From Negaprion brevirostris (lineage: Eukaryota), in contig JARDVH010000163.1 of assembly GCA_030324005.1 (NCBI GenBank), forward strand, positions 90,701,012 to 90,765,011: a stretch of DNA of 64,000 nucleotides, written 5' to 3'. Positions 11,484 through 25,176 of this stretch are shown here, piece by piece (the stretch's first letter is position 1; each line of letters opens with the position of its first letter). Below the pieces are notes generated by a model that made no database searches, was not told the DNA's origin, and saw nothing but the letters and a program-made list of their open reading frames with translations. Position numbers and translations under genes: made by a program.

Positions 11484-12344
11484 TGCTATGTATGTTACCA
11501 GTGATGGAAAGTAAAGGTCTTTTTCCTAATTCAGTTATATAAAATCCCATAATTCATATTGGTCAATGAAAATCGAATGATAGGTTAATGGACATATATG
11601 TTTTTTAGAGGTTGAATGATCTTTTCACATGATCAAATTATATTGACAGTATTAAGCATTGAGTGGTATTTTCCTCTTATTTCTTACTAATAAGTTCATG
11701 TTATTTGTCCAGTTGATTCATCTTTTTATGATGTAATATCCTAGCATAATTTTATATCACTCTCAAACTTGGATATTTGACTTTCAATGTCTTCAAGGTC
11801 AGAAATATGTATTATGAGCAGCTGAGCTTTCAGGATCAATCCCTAAGGAGCTCCGTTGGTTACAATGCCCAATTAGGTTTTTTACTGTTTAATATGTANN
11901 NNNNNNTTCTGTTATTTAGCCAATTCATTATACAGTTTATATCTTACTGCTTGATCCCATGAACTTTTAATTGTCTTGCTTTAATTGATGCAGCTATATA
12001 AATCGTAGATAATAATTACAATATTTGAATAACATTTAGAATTTAAATATGCATGGCTTATAATGTAGAATTTACTAAATTTTTTTATTTGAAATTAGTT
12101 TAAGACTTAATCAAAGAAATTACTGAAGTGTTTTAAGGTGCCCAGAAGAGGTTGCATTTGGTTTTAAATTTGGGTCGCTGCTCAAACTGTTTTAATTATA
12201 TTTCTGGGATTTCATTTAAAAATTATATTCAGCAGAACTCCAAAACATAAATTCAGATTTGGTCAAATGAGCTGGATTGAATCCTTCATAATCACAAAAT
12301 AGTTTAGGAAAATGCAATGTTAAATGTATTTATTTATATGAAAG

Positions 12345-12624
12345 CTTTTTTTCGGCTGCGCCTCTGCAAGGAGGCAGTGCAGCTTCTATGTCATGTGCTT
12401 GCGCACCTAGCATCTTGTGGAACAGGAGGACACCCACCAATGCAGAAGCCTGAGACTGAGGCGGCGATCTGATACAATGAGACCTACAATGCCACCTGGT
12501 CCATTGTTGAGCAATGCATCTAGCTCCTAAAGATTTGGTTCTCTGCCTGGACCACTCTGGCAGAGCCCATTTTGGGTCTCCCACATCATTGTGATCTACT
12601 GTGTGCTCCCCAACTTGGTGTAGC
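12345..12624 (+). pseudogene. PIF/Harbinger (HARBI1-like) transposase relic, internally deleted
   Basis: RLRLCKEAVQLLCHVLAHLASCGTGGHP is joined directly to the C-terminal PETEAAI*YNETYNATWSIVEQCI*LLKIWF/CLDHSG..VSHIIVIYCVLPNL. Confidence 0.8.
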
Positions 12625-12861
12625 ANNNNNNNNNNNNNNNNNNNNNNNNNNNNNNNNNNNNNNNNNNNNNNNNNNNNNNNNNNNNNNNNNNNNNNNNNNN
12701 NNNNNNNNNNNNNNNNNNNNNNNNNNNNNNNNNNNNNNNNNNNNNNNNNNNNNNNNNNNNNNNNNNNNNNNNNNNNNNNNNNNNNNNNNNNNNNNNNNNN
12801 NNNNNNNNNNNNNNNNNNNNNNNNNNNNNNNNNNNNNNNNNNNNNNNNNNNNNNNNNNNNN

Positions 12862-13347
12862 AATTTTGCTCCCCCCCCACACCACCCACACATGCCTCTC
12901 ATTGCCAAACACGCTCCTTGCCTCCCTGCTATTGCTGATCCGCCTTCTTTGTTATCCTATCCCCTTGGTACTGCCGCATGGGCACTGTCCAGCCATGTCC
13001 CTGACCACCTGGGAGCTTCAATGGCCCGCAGTCATCCCAGTGAGACTGTCATATCTGATTCCTGCTGGTGGAGACCAGCTATGATTCTCACCAATGTGAA
13101 GCTTGGCCGGCGACGGGGGAAGTGTAAGTGAAACCGAACAATAGTGTCCCGGACTCACTAAGGCATGTTAATCATGCCATTAATATTTAAAATGGCTTTG
13201 TGCCCAGAAAGGGTTCATAGCCGATTTTGCAAGCAAATTTCAACCAGCAAGATGGTGTGAGGCAAGAGTACGGGTGTTAACCTGACTTTCTGCTTCTCAC
13301 GCCATCTTACCACCTTGCCTCGCTGAACAATGGGTGGGATCATGCCC
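12862..13347. mobile_element. Probable right arm of the same Harbinger element
   Basis: GC-rich, CpG-containing segment after the gap, ending gatcatgccc|tta (TIR-like end followed by TTA). Confidence 0.5.
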
Positions 13348-13789
13348 TTAGAATTTCTTTAGTAAGACTGTGCCCACTGTCTGTCCTCGCTGTTTTGCTA
13401 TTGTACTAATGCAACAGCAGTTGTACCATTAAAGAAGACTGCAGCTACCAAGTTCATATATTCAAGTTGTGTTATCACAAAACCTTTGGGGTCTAAAGTG
13501 CACTTTATCAAAATGTTTGTTTGACAAGATTTTAGTTCCTTTACCGAACATAATTAAGTTTCTGTTTTGTTTAAGGAACAATATCCTTTTTGAAAAGGCT
13601 GGTAATAAACTTTAATTGTAATAGAAAAATATTGCTGTGTCAATCGAAGAAATAATAGAGATATTCATTTAACTAACTGAAGCATATGAATCCACAAACT
13701 TTCTGTAGGATTGCCATTCAATTTCAAGTTTAAGTGATAGTTGGATCTTTATAAATTGCAAATAAAGGTGTGGCTATTAAGGAAAGGAA

Positions 13790-14312
13790 GTCATGGTAAA
13801 TCTTTATATTATCAATAGTTAGATCTCAGCCAGAGTATTGTGTCCAATTCTGGATTTTGAGCATCATGGTTTAGCAAGGATAGTCAAATGTTAGAAAGGG
13901 TGTAGAGGAGATTTACTACATTTGGACCAGGACTGAGGAGTTTTAGTTATCCGGAGTGTGGGCTGAAACAGAGAAAGTTAAGTGGAAATTTAATAGGGGT
14001 GATCAGAAACCTGAGGGATTTTGATAGATTTGAAATTGAGAAATTGTTTTCATTGACAAAGAGTCAATGACCAAAAGACATAGATTTAACATAATTGACA
14101 AAAAAAAATTAGAAGATGGGACAATGTTTTTGCTCAGTAAGTGTGATCTGGAATGCATTGACCAAAAGAGTGATCCAAGCAGGTTCCACAAGAACCTAAA
14201 ATGTTGGGGAAAGAGTGTGGGATTGAGAATAATTGTCCATTTGGTGAACCATCACTGACATGATCTGTTGAATGGCACCCTTTTGTGCGACATCATTCTA
14301 TGGCTCCAATGA
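13790..14312 (+). mobile_element. CR1 LINE 3' fragment
   Basis: gagtattgtgtccaattctgg (EYCVQFW), LERV*RRFT, tail gttgaatggcaccc..cattctatg. Confidence 0.8.
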
Positions 14313-14929
14313 TATTGTCAGCAGTGAAAGTAAAACACAGATGATTTATGAACAATTTCTGAAATCAATAATTGTTTTAAAGATATGTCTACAACTCAGT
14401 GTTGGTAGGGGGATGGAAATTGATAGCATTATTTCTCACTGTACTTCGGCTTTACTCACAAAATGAGAATAAGTTGGAACCTTCAGAATGATTGTGCTTT
14501 GAATTGCATTCAGAAATGCACGGCATTGTGTGACAGGAGCAACAGTATGGTATTCATCATGTTTCCAGGGTCAGTCTCTTGGCACAAATATAAAAAAATC
14601 AAGCAGGTTGTTTTCCAAGCATGCTTGAATTTTTTCCGCTTTTCCGCTATTCACTCTGAGTGTCTGCAATGTCAATTATCCTTGTCACCATCTTAAAGAG
14701 CAAAAATAATTTCAAATATATTTCAAATTGTTTAAGTGAATCATATGACTGCATGGAGGTGAATATTTACACCAGATGTATGGTTGGTGGGAGTAGGGCT
14801 CAGTGTTGCTTAATTTTAACTTCTAGATTGTAGAATGTGTGAGAAGGGACTGTCGGAAAAATTGCCTGATACCTTGCTGGATCATGGACTATTTTTTCAG
14901 CTTTAAATCTCATTCCTTATTATTAATTT

Positions 14930-15172
14930 TTAAAACCCTCCTGCTGGCACAGTACAAAGCTCTGAGATTTCAACCCTAAACCCTTCCATCTCTCAATCTT
15001 TCTTTTTGCCTTTAGGATGCTTCTTAAAGCCCATCTCCCTGATCAAGCTTTGGCCCTCTGCCTGACTACTACTTTGTGCTTTTGTGTCAGATTTTGCTTC
15101 CAATGCTTCTGTGAAGGGTCTTGGGAAATTTTATTATGTTAATGGCATGATATAAGTTGACATTATTGTTAT
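14930..15172 (+). mobile_element. L2 LINE 3' tail
   Basis: ccctaaaccc..cttcttaaagcccatctccctgatcaagctttgg..ctgtgaagggtcttggga..ttattatgttaatggc. Confidence 0.7.
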
Positions 15173-17137
15173 TTTCCAAAGATGATCACATCCTCAACAA
15201 GGGCCTGTTGCTGTCTAGACACTCAACATACTGCTCAAACTGGTTCTAAATATTAATTTCTCTTGTACAACTAAATGTGGAATTTATCTGTTACCATTCT
15301 AACACTTCGATCCACAGCTGAAATTTATTTTTGGAATAAGGAGCACAATTGTTAAATCAACAAATCCCCCACCTAAATATGTTATACCATGATGAATGGG
15401 ACTGGGTAGCCAAGTTGTTCTATATACTGATATTGCACTAACCATGTTTGACTGTTCTCTGCATCAATTAAGCAAAGGACATTGGTTATGTTGGTGGAGT
15501 GTTATTAATCTTCTCTTTCAAAAAAATTTCTTTGAAAGTAAAGCAAACAGCTCTTGAAGGTGTGCACTAAATATATTTGCTAATATTTAACATCCTCACC
15601 TGAAATAATTTGTGAAGTCTATTCATTGTCTTATTTTCTGGACTAATCCTTGGGAATAGAGTACTGATTGTAATTATCCTCTATTTTCTCTTGCACAGAT
15701 TGGCAGATACAATTTTATTTTAGCATCAATAATAGTAGTTTCAAAAGAAAGTATCATCATTTAAAAAGATCTAACAGTATCATGGAAAAATATGGTGTTA
15801 ATGGATAACAATATTGGCCAAAGCATTACCAAGTTGCATTATGTCGCAGAGAACCCTGGTAAATGAAGCAAGCTGGACTTGATTAAACTTTCTGAGTAAG
15901 TGCTGTGCACTATAAAATGTCATGAGAAAGAGTAGACCCTGCAGCTTAGAAGGCTGAATTTGAGCACAGGAAGTATAGATGAGCCAGGTCTGGAGGAGCC
16001 CACAGCAAGAAATTACTTAGATAAATGAAAGGAAATGTGGCTCCTTTCCTTCAATGAGAGCTGTCATCCACACTCGATTTTCCAGTACATGTTGCACAGA
16101 CACATAAGAATAGGAAAATCCACCTGAATTATCCAGGAATGTAAAGTTTTCTTCAAATATTTTTTCCCTGAATTGCAAATAAAGTTGTGACCTCGGTTTT
16201 AAGTACAGAGCCAAAAAAAAGTATAAGGAACTTAAAAAATAGGAGCAATAGTCGGCCATACGGCTGTTTAAACCTGCCGTGTCATTTAATAAGATGACTG
16301 ATACACAACTTTAACCTCAACATGTCTTTTGTGCCTAATCGCCCATGTCCCTTTATTCCCTTAAAGCCCAAAAATGTATCAATCTTCACCTTCAGCCTAC
16401 TCATCAACAGAGCATCCACAACCTTCTGGGACAGTGAATTCCAAAGATCCACCCTCTGAGAAATGAAATTTCTCTTCATGTCAGGCCAAAATGGCCAGCT
16501 CCTTATCCTGAGACCATGTACGCTAGTTCTGGGCTCCACAATTAGGGCAAGCAGCTTCTCAACATTTATCCTGGCAAGCATTCTCAGAATCCGATATATT
16601 TCAATAAGATTACCTATCGTCCTTCTAACAGCCAAGAATATATATCCATTCTACTCAATCTATTCTCAAAGGGAATAGTCTCATCTCAAGAATCTCTTAT
16701 CTCAGGAATCAATCTGGTAAACTTTCACTGCATTCCCTGCCAGGCAATGATACCTTTCTTCATGGAGATGAATATTGTATGTATCACTGTAGGTATGAAT
16801 ACACTAAAGTCTGTATAATGGCAGCAAGACTTCATTATCCTTGTACTGTAACTCCCTTACAATAAAAGACAACATGACATTGTCCTTCCTAATGCTTTGC
16901 TATGTGAGTGCCCCGGACATAAATATTTATAAACTTCATGATTTTTAAAAACAATTCTGCTTTTCTATTCTTAGTGATGTGAATCATTCCACATTTACAA
17001 ACATTGTATCCCCTCTGCCACTGTGTTTCCCACTCACAACCTGCCAATATCCCTTTGCAGCCTCTATGTGTCCTTCTTAGAGCTTGTATTCCCACCAACT
17101 TTATATTGTCAGTAAACATAGATACATTGCTCTCCGT

Positions 17138-17452
17138 CGAGGGGGGATTGAATATAAAAGTAGGGAGGTCTTGCTGCAGCTGTATAGGGCATTGGTGAGG
17201 CCGCAGCTGGAGTACTGTNNNNNNNNNNNNNNNNNNNNNNNNNNNNNNNNNNNNNNNNNNNNNNNNNNNNNNNNNNNNNNNNNNNNNNNNNNNNNNNNNN
17301 NNNNNNNNNNNNNNNNNNAGGGTTATGGGGAGAGGGCGGGAATGTGGAACTGAGCCACGACAGATCAGCCATGATCTTATTGAATGGCGGGGCAGTCTCG
17401 AAGGGCTAGATGGCTACTCCTGCTCCTATTTCTTATGTTCTTATGTTCTTAT
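17138..17452 (+). mobile_element. Young CR1 3' fragment (partly in gap)
   Basis: RGGIEYKSREVLLQLYRALVRPQLEYC with CpGs retained; tail cctgctcctatttcttatgttcttatgttctt. Confidence 0.88.
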
Positions 17453-17474
17453 TATGAACCATTAATATGGAATA

Positions 17475-18525
17475 TGTTAGAATCCTTGGCCAGACCGTGT
17501 ATTTAAGAGGAGGGAAGATCAGTTAGGAACTATGAATGTTTTGTTTAAAGTGAACAAAGTTTGAGATTCACACAATTGCTAAGTGAATAAAGCCACAAGA
17601 TTCCATAGCTTTGGAATAAAACAAAATAAATTTTACAAGCTCAAAATGATAAGACAAATCATCAGTATCTGTTATATATTCTAATCAGGTACATAATGGG
17701 CAAAGTGTGGTTGAACAAACCACACCACACAAAATGTCATTCCATGGCCTTGTCAAAACCCACTAAACGTTTGCCACATTGTGAGCATACAATCTCACTG
17801 AAATGTTGTCTTTCTTGTAGAGTTTCTAATCTCCACCTTTGATGATCCTGCCTTGGAATTCTATTTGGGTGGCTTCAATAATGACTCACCTAATAGGTTT
17901 TTACCTCACTTTCCAAATTCCTTTCCACTGGATCTCTGAGTATACTCAAGCTTGACCTTCCAGATCTTTTGCCATGATAAGCAGAACGCTACTCTTCCAA
18001 AGGAGGTTTTGTCCCAACATGCTACATCAATGATGGCTTCAACAGTGACCCACCTCACAAACTTTGGCTGCTTTCTCGGATATTCAGGGCTCCTCTCATG
18101 CCCACTTTGCTTAAAGCCTGTACCCTGCGGGTCTTTCTTCAAGTCCAGAACCTATTTTTCTGCTCCTTTCCTTTAACTTAACGGGACTTATTTCTGTTCC
18201 GACTATTACCCTTTGCTTGGGACTTCCTGCTGGAACCTCTCTCCATCCCCCTCCCTGCTTGTGACCACTCCCTGTCCTCTTCCCATGTCTGGTTTCCTGA
18301 GACACCTACTAGGCATCTGTATCAGGTCACCTGGCCCACCTTTTGGACAGCATAGTTCTTCTTCCTTCTGTACAGGTGCATAGGACCAGTTCTCAGCCTG
18401 AGAAAAGTACTGTGCATGTGCGGTCAATTTCTGGCCAGTGTATATGCTAAAGGTCTGAAGATTATTGGAAATTGGAGTTCCCAACCTCCGAGTTAAAGAA
18501 TAAGGTGAGTTAACGCTTCATCACA
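17475..18525. mobile_element. Probable solo LTR (~1.05 kb) inserted in CR1
   Basis: Bounded by TG(ttag)...(atca)CA. It interrupts the contiguous CR1 text cattaatatgga|attgtaaatag. No coding similarity; the TSD is not clean. Confidence 0.55.
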
Positions 18526-21500
18526 ATTGTAAATAGTTAAGGCACAGGCACTGATCCTTATGGCACTGCCACAAACAAGAACCTGCTAACTTGAATTGAT
18601 CTATTTATTCCTACGCTGTGTTTTCTGGCATTTAATGAAACTTCAATCGATGCTAATATACTACACACAGCCACTTGTGTGATTATCTTGTGCAACAACC
18701 TTTTCTGTGGCACAAATACTTTTGTTGTTATATTTGGAAAAACTCCAAAATTTTTGTCAGACACTATTTGCTTTTCATGAATTAATGCCGATTCTGAATA
18801 ATCATGCTAGAATTTCCAAAGTGGCTGGTGCCACTTCCTTCATCACTTTGCAATGTCTCAACAAATCCACATATTATCTCTGCCGCCACCTCTTTTATTA
18901 ACCTAGTGAGTAGCCTGTCGGATCCAAGGGATTTAACAGTTTTTATTGCCATTAATTTCACCAGCATTTTTCATTTACTCAAATTCCTACTCTTATTTCA
19001 TCTTTGGTTCTCTATTATTCATGGCAAGTATTTGTGTTTCCTGGAATGAAATAAATATTTGTTTAATGTCTCTGCTATTTCCTTATTCCTACTATACTTT
19101 TTCTTATCTCCATCTTCAACGGACCTATGTTTACTTTCACGACTCTCTTCCCTTTTTGATGCTCATAGAAGTTCATATGAACTGCTTTTAAATTTCTAGT
19201 TACTCAATCCATTTTCTCCCTTGGTTTTCTGCATTGGTAGCTAAAGCTCTCATAGTCCTCTGGTTTACTATTTTTCTTGGCAATATAAAGCTTTACTTTT
19301 AATTTAACATTATCCTTAAGCTCATTAGTTAGCCATGGATGAATTTCTACCCCTGTATAGAGTTTTCTTCTCAATGGAGCTTTTGTCAAGAATTATGAAA
19401 TATTTCTCTAAATATGGACCAATATTTGTCTATTTTGGTACCTTTTAATCTAATTTCCTAAGTGACTTTTGCCAAATGGCACTTCAATCCTATGTAATGA
19501 CCTTTATTTAAGTTCACGACTCTTGATTTGGACTTGTGTGCATCATTCTCAAACTGAGTGTGACGGAGGTTCATTTACAAGGGATTACTAATCAACTCTG
19601 TTAGACTAAACAAGATCTAACATAACGTCTTCTCTGAGTCCACAATGTCTTGTAATAGAAACCTGTTTGAAATACATTCCAGAAGCTCATCTTCCAAACT
19701 ATCTTGGTGATTTGATTTATCCATGCAGTGTGAAGAATAAAGTGCCCCACAATTATAACATTGCTTCTGTTGCAAGTTCCCCTCATTTCTTAATAATATT
19801 TTGTCGAATAGTACAGCTACTGTTCTGAATCCATAAATAACTCTCCCCATTGTCTTCTGATCCTTGTAATACCGATCCTTGTAGTGCCGATACCACTTTG
19901 TACTCTTCTGAGCCAAGATCCTCCTTGTTTTAGCTCATGCTTCATTCTCCAGGCTACCCCACTCCCTTTTCAATGATCAGTCAATTCAAGAGATCTGTAA
20001 ATATTTAAAATGGGAATTTAGCATGATTTCAAACTTTGTCAAATTTCCTCTGATACTTGAAATAGCTTGTAATGCACAAGGTGTTATTTTAATAGTTTAT
20101 TCATTGTATTATGTTGCATCTAGAAGACATCGCTCATCTTCTATGCTGTGAAATAAATTAGTTCGGGGGTTGGTAAGGTTAACTAATTGACTGTGAAACA
20201 TTTTCTCTCTTATCTTTGTATTCCCACAAAATTTGTCAATCTGTAATTTGAAGCAGGTTAATCATATGCACCTTTATTTTGGGAAACACTTCCATCACAC
20301 CAAACATTCATTTCAGCACCTCCTGAAAGCATCTGCCAAGTCTTGTAAACATTTACCAATTATCTCAGATTATTGCATATCCTCCGAAGGAGTTTCAAAA
20401 CTCAGGAAAAAAAATGGTTCACATAAGCAGATGTGGTCATTGGAATAACAGGCGTGCTTTAATGTTTAAACATAAAAGATTAATTTTGAATTGTTTTGCT
20501 AGAGTATTAATTACATTGCTATTGGAAAAACATGCCTGGTATGCTGAAACGAGAAATGGACTTCTAGAGCAGCAACAATTTATAGAATGTTGCAAAGAAG
20601 TTAATAATTTCAAATAAAAATCAATCCTCATTAACAATCCACATGTTTAGCTTTGGATAACACTCCTTACCGTACAAGGCAACTTTTCATCTGATTTACT
20701 GCTGCAGAGTAATTATTCGGCACTTTCAACTCAAGTGATGAATAATTTAACAGAATTTATTAACAAAAAAAATGATTTTTTGTGACCTGTTTTAGCACAA
20801 GAAGAATTTGTTACACTTGACAAGTCAGAAATTGTTATAGATTAATCATTTCAAAGATTTGTTTACAAAAAAATTAATGAATAATATTAACAAAGACATT
20901 TATCAATGTTGAAAATGTTTTATAAGCTTCAATTCCTTGTGTTAATGACAGGGCTCCACCACCTAAGTCATTGTACTGAAGTTATGTATGTTTCACATTT
21001 TTATAACAAGCATGCGAATAATGACAAACCTAAATCTCATGATTGATGAGCAACTCATAAAAGGTTTATTAATCCTGGTAACCTTGCTCTTTGCAGTGGT
21101 TGAAAATAAATTAGGTTTTAATAACCTGGTTTAAGTTCAAGTTTTTGTCAAATGAAGGCATGCAGATTAGGCAATAAGTGGTGTGATGTGCCCTTTTCAA
21201 AATTATGTGCAGCTGTCAGAATTTTTACCAAGATTTAACTCTATTCCAAAAGGTCCAAATTATTATCGATGTTAGTAACATGCTGGTACATTCATGCAGA
21301 ATTTTTGTTTCTGTAAAACAATGCATGCATCAATGTTTGGTCATATCACATCAATGAAAGTATCACTGTTGAATCATGGAGGTTTACAGCACAGAACAAG
21401 GTTATCCAGCCATCATGTCTGCACTGGTTCAGTCAGGGCAGCAAGAGAGACTTTGCTGAGCAAGAAAAACTCCGAGTGAGTATATTTGGGAATTTGATTC

Positions 21501-21807
21501 AGAGTGGGAATTTGGTACATCACAGGGGAAGGAGATGCTTTGGATAAATTTTATTACAAAAAGTAAACTCTGATGAGTAAGGAGTTTAGTGAAGAGCAGA
21601 GAATAGGCACTTTATTTCTTCTATTCTTTTTTGGGCTCCAATATTTGATTTCCACTTTGGTGCAGTATTTGGCAGTGCCAAAATCTATTGGGAGATGTAG
21701 GCTTTATTGGTTACATATTCATAAATAATCAATCATTAATTAATTGGCAGGGCAGGTGATGTGCTGCAGTTGCAGGATGTGGAAGCTTCTGGATGCTGAT
21801 GTGATCC

Positions 21808-23927
21808 ATAAGACATAGGAACAGAAGTAGGCTACTCGATCCATCAAGTCTGCTCCATCATTTAATCATGGCTGATTTTTTTTCTCAGCCCCGTTCCCCT
21901 GCCTTTTCCCCATAACCCTGATCCCTCTATTAATCAAGAACTTATCTATCTCTATTTGAAGCACTCAATGACCTGGCCTCCACATCCTTCTGTGGCAAAG
22001 AGTTACACAGATTTATCACTCTCTGGCTGAAGAAATTCCTCCTCTTCTCTATTTTAAAGGATAGTCCCTTTAGCCTGAGATTGTGCCCCTCTGGTTCTAG
22101 CTTTTCCTACCAGTAGAATAATCCTCTCCACGTCCACTCTTTCCAGGCCTCGCAGTATCCTGTAATTTTCAATAAGATCCCGCCCCCTCATCCTTCTAAA
22201 TTCCAACGAGTACAGACCCAGAGACCTCAACCGTTCCACATATAATAAGCTCTTCATCCCAGGGATCATTCTTGTGAACCTCCTCTGGACCCTTTCCAAG
22301 ACCAGCACATCCTTCCTTAGAAATGGGGCCCAAACTGCTCACAATACTCCAAATGGGGTCTGACCAGAATCTTATACAGCCTCCGAAGTATATCCCTGCT
22401 CCTGTATTCTAGCCCTCTCGACAGGAATTGCATTTGCCTTTTAACTGCCGACTGAACCTTCATGTTAATCTTGAGAGAATCTCAAGGACACCCAAGTCAC
22501 TTTGTGCTTCTGAGTTCCTAAGCATTTCCCCATTTAGAAAATAGTCTATGCCACCATTCTTCCTTTCAAAGTGCATAACCTGACACATTTTCACATTGTA
22601 TTCCATCTGCCACTTCTTTGCCCACTTTCCGAATCTGCCCAAGTCCTTCTGCAGGCCTCCCCCCACGCTTTCTCAGTATTACCTGTCCCTCTACATATCT
22701 TTGTATCATCTGCAAACTTAGAAACAGTGGCTTCAGTTCCTTCTTCCAAATCATTAATGTATATTGTGAAAAGTTGTGGTCCCAGCACCAACCCCTGAGG
22801 CACACTACGAGTCACTGGCTGCCATCCTGAAAAAGACTCCTTTACCCCCACTCTCTGCCAAGTGCCAGTCAGCCAGTCCCCTATCCATGCCAAGATCTTA
22901 CCCTTAATACCATGGACTCTTATTTAGTAGTTTCCTTTGCGGCACCATGTCAAAGACATTCTGGTAATCAAAATAAATCACATCCACTGTTCTCTTTTAT
23001 CTAATTTCCTTGTGACCTCCTCAAAGAACTCTAACAGATTTGTTAGACATGACCCCCCGCCCTTGGCAAAACCGTGCTGACTCAATCCTATTTTATCATG
23101 CATTTCCAAGTACTCCGCTATCTCATCTGTGAAAATGGACTCTAAAATCTTGCCAATGACCAAAGTCAGGCTAACCTGTCTATAATTTCCCATCTGCTGC
23201 CTCCCTCTGTTCTTAAACAGTGATGTTACATTAGCTACTTACCAGTCCTCTGGGACTCTCTCTGCCTCTAGTGATTCCTGAAAGATCACCACCAATGCAT
23301 CCACAATTTCCTCAGCTATCTCTCTGAGAACCCTGGGGAGTAGTTCATTTGGTCCAGGTGATTTATTCACCTACAGACCTTTCAGTTTCCCCAGAACCTT
23401 CTCCTTAGTTATTGTCACTGCACTTACCTGTGCCCCCTGATTTCCCTGGAGCTGTGGCATCCCACTGGTGTCTTCCACTGTGAAGACTGATGCAAAGTAA
23501 CTAGTCAGTTCCTCTGCTTTTTTTTTGCTTCCTATTATCACTTCTGCAGCTTCATTTTCCTGTGCTCTAATGTCTATTTGTGCCTCTTTCTTACCTCTTA
23601 TATATTGAAAAAACTCTATCTTCTTTTATATTACTAGCTAGCTTACACTCATACTTCATCTTCTACCCCCTTATTGTTTTTTCAGTTGTCCCCTGCTCAC
23701 TTTTAAAGGCTTCCCGATACTTTGGCTTCCCATTAACTTATGCCACTTTGTATGCTTTTTCTCTTGCTTCTACGCTGTTCTTGCCTTCCCTCGTCATCAG
23801 CCATGTATGCCTTGTCCTCCTCTTAGCATGTTTCCTCCTCTAGGGATGAATTTCAGTTGTGCCTTCCAAATAACCCCCAAAGATTCCTTCCATTGATGTT
23901 CCTCTGTCTTCCCTGCTCGGCTCCCTG
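21808..23927 (-). mobile_element. Younger CR1 LINE (RT domain and tail) nested in ORF1 of the older CR1
   Basis: [74 protein letters not shown]. Confidence 0.95.
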
Positions 23928-24394
23928 CAGTAAATACATCTGCAGTAAGAGTTTGCTACTGCTGGAACTTCAGTTCAGAGTTATTGAGCTAGAGGCCAAG
24001 CTGAAGACATTGTGGCACATCAGGAAGGGGAAAGTTAGCTGGACACTTAGTTCCAGGAGGCAATCATGCCCTTTTGCATTGGTCAAGATCAGGAAGGTGT
24101 GACTGCCAATGAGGCAGGTAAGGGGAATAAGAAACCAGGTGGCCTTTGCAATTGTCCAAAAGGTTTGAAGTTTTTTCAGCTTGTTTGGATAAGGGTGAGG
24201 TGTGCATGATGGATGAGCTAACATGACAGCATGGTAAAGGAAGTCATTTCAGGCCAGAAGAGTAACAAGAAATGTAGTAATAGTAAGGGATGGTTTGGTC
24301 AGAGGGGTTAGCCCTGTTCTTTGCAGCAAAAAGCGTGTGTCCAGACCACTGTATTGCCTGCATGGGAGCGAGGTTCAGGGCAAGAGAGGAATTT

Positions 24395-24697
24395 GTAGTG
24401 GGAAGCTTGGAGGGGAACTTGCAGGCGATGATGTTCCCATGTATCTGCTGCCCTTGTCCTTCTAGATAGAAGTGATCTTGGGTTTGAAAGATGCTGTTTA
24501 AGGATCTTTGGTGAATTGCTGCGGTGCATCTTGTAGATAGTACACGCTGCTGCTACTGAGCGTTGAAGGTGGAGGAACAGGATGTTTGTGAATGTGGTGC
24601 AAATCAAGCAGGCTGCTTTGTCCTGGAGTGTGCCAGGTTTCTTGATTGTTGTTGGAGCTGCACTGATTCAGGCAAATGGGGAATATCTCATCACACT
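24395..24697 (-). mobile_element. Zenon-like LINE C-terminal fragment
   Basis: QRSVAAACTIYKMHRSNSPKILKQHLSNPR..RTRAADTWEHH. Confidence 0.82.
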
Positions 24698-25104
24698 TTT
24701 TCAAAATAGTTTCTTAGAACAGCATGTTCTGGAGACAAACAAGAATCACCTATATTGGATCTGGGATTGTGCAATAAGATGAGGTTAATTGACAATCTCA
24801 TTTGGAAGGCGCTCTGGTCAGCAGCAATCATAATATGATTGAATTTTACATTCTGTTTGAGGGACAGAGGAGAGGATCCAAAGACTATGTTTTAAAACTT
24901 TATTAAGAGCAATTATGAGGGCATGGAAACACAGTTGGCTAAAGTGAATTGGCAAATTATGTTAGGGGATAGCTCAATGAAGATGCAGTGCCAAATATTT
25001 AAGGAGATATTTCAGAATATATAGAATGGATACATTCCAATACCCAGAAAAAGTCCATGGGATGGACACATCATCTGTGGTTAATTAGAGATGCTAAAGA
25101 TGAT

Positions 25105-25176
25105 GGGTGGGATTTTCCAGTCAGAACCACTCTGAGACCAGAAATTCCCACAGCAGGTGGGACTGGAAAATTTACC
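25105..25176. mobile_element. Miniature palindromic MITE inside CR1
   Basis: Inverted ends gggtgggattttccagtc ... gactggaaaatttacc interrupt the CR1 text gctaaagatga|cagtatcaaact. Confidence 0.65.

Larger units (their letters stand above)
16230..19980 (-). mobile_element. Old CR1 LINE (ORF2 and tail) split by nested insertions at 17138-17452 and 17475-18525
   Basis: NLIEIYRILR..KRNFISQRVDLWNSL, FTDNIKLVG, VPQKRLLHKI, RLIKEVAAEI, PWLTNELKDNVKLK; collinear across the insertions. Confidence 0.85.
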
